Positions 31,389 through 32,000 of a stretch of DNA of 32,000 bases are shown one piece after another (within the stretch, counting starts at the first letter, position 1; each line of letters begins with the position of its first letter). The DNA is from Candidatus Saccharimonadota bacterium (GTDB lineage Bacteria > Patescibacteriota > Microgenomatia > UBA1406 > GWC2-37-13), in assembly GCA_016432445.1 (NCBI GenBank), contig CP066689.1, positions 150,001 through 182,000 on the forward strand, given 5' to 3'. Both the position numbers and the translations under genes were made by a program. Below the pieces are notes generated by a model. The model was given only the letters and a program-made list of their open reading frames with translations, did no database searches and had not been told where the DNA came from.

Positions 31389-32000
31389 TTATGCCCTTTG
31401 ACCATGTTTTAATCCGACTACTGATATTTCTTTCGTTTCTCTTAGGTCGTCAGGCATCGGAAAAAAACCTTCAATAGGTTGACCGTCAAGTAAATGCTTT
31501 TTTGTTACTAAAGTCTCCGATATTACTTTCCACGGTGTAAACGGATACAATCTAGAATCAATGTTTCCTCGTTTAGCCATTAAAAAATCTTTTTCAATGC
31601 TGTCGCCAAAATATATTATTCTTTTTTTTGAAGAAGCTGCCTCATTAATTACAGAAATACCATCTACACTGTAATCAATTAATCCTTGTTCGTCGAGCCA
31701 TTTGAAATGAGCTAAAGCCAAAGGAAACTGTCCAGGCTTAACTCTTCTTTTCATCTCTGTTGGATATTTTCTTGAACGGACATCATCTTCGGTTACTAAA
31801 ATATCAGGTTGAGTTAATTGATAGGTATCAAAAGTTCTTCTAATAAAAGATTCATGACCTGAAGAAATGATTTCCATATCTATAGGGACTCCTTCTTTTT
31901 TCAATTCATCAACGGTTCTTAAAAATATTAATGCATCTTCACATGGCTGAGGCCAGATTTGTCCATCTTCACCGCTTTTGCCTATTTCTTCAAGTAGATG
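31389..32000 (-). CDS. HAD-superfamily hydrolase-like protein, 5' end off-window (partial)
   Basis: The frame stays open to the window edge (..HLLEEIGKSGEDGQIWPQPCEDALIFLRTVDELKKEG..). HAD motif IV-like IIYFGDSIEKD. Confidence 0.45.
   Translation of the reverse strand, partial: HLLEEIGKSGEDGQIWPQPCEDALIFLRTVDELKKEGVPIDMEIISSGHESFIRRTFDTYQLTQPDILVTEDDVRSRKYPTEMKRRVKPGQFPLALAHFKWLDEQGLIDYSVDGISVINEAASSKKRIIYFGDSIEKDFLMAKRGNIDSRLYPFTPWKVISETLVTKKHLLDGQPIEGFFPMPDDLRETKEISVVGLKHGQRA

Noticed and set aside
1-32000. Alternative genetic code (UGA recoded, as in some CPR lineages)
   Set aside because: TGA terminates several well-delimited genes, for example at 442-444 (ATGA overlap with the next gene) and the purB stop overlapping the purE ATG. 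All conserved proteins are full length under the standard code.

Overview
AT-rich (about one-third GC by eye), very gene-dense bacterial chromosomal segment. It holds about 36 protein-coding genes (two are under 50 aa and absent from the supplied ORF track) and one tRNA-Pro(UGG). I saw no rRNA, CRISPR array, transposase or integrase. Short housekeeping proteins, tiny spacers, archaeal-type purP genes and a LacD-like class I aldolase fit a streamlined Patescibacteria/CPR-like genome (inference only). Gene order, left to right: membrane-anchored NPF-repeat protein plus secreted Cys-rich repeat protein; lon; EpmA/PoxA-like class II synthetase paralog; cdd; small TM ORF plus HhH protein; CBS x4 protein with an HPF/RaiA-like C-terminus; EamA/DMT transporter; a 612-bp ORF-free gap; GlsB/YeaQ-like protein; DUF475; cytoplasmic GAF-GAF histidine kinase plus an orphan P-loop NTPase, converging on an OmpR-family response regulator; thermonuclease; tRNA-Pro; class I aldolase; DUF192; pgk-gap; HIT; large polytopic membrane protein; yidD; trmD, a 49-aa Cys-rich ORF, purA and gltX; then a long minus-strand purine operon (HAD-like, AAA_28 ATPase, purP, purP, purB, purE, purC, purM). 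Main hunt results: (1) six intergenic sites between 5.7 and 14.2 kb carry TTCTTAC direct repeats phased at exactly 11 bp next to -35-like hexamers, including a triple box in front of the response regulator. This looks like a local regulon of that two-component system covering stress or dormancy-type genes. (2) A compositionally odd P-loop NTPase is wedged between the kinase and the regulator. (3) There is a possible CBS-HPF fusion. (4) A family of GC-rich palindromic or CGAAG-box elements occurs intergenically (two copies carry an outward extended -10; a MITE-like pair brackets purB-purE in inverted orientation) and in frame inside gltX, purP and purM. (5) A -10 box sits 6-7 nt before the start codon (leaderless layout) at 13 genes, plus a 5-nt case at the upstream purP (purP-2, 29823..30836). 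All functional calls come from motif recognition by eye; no database search was run.
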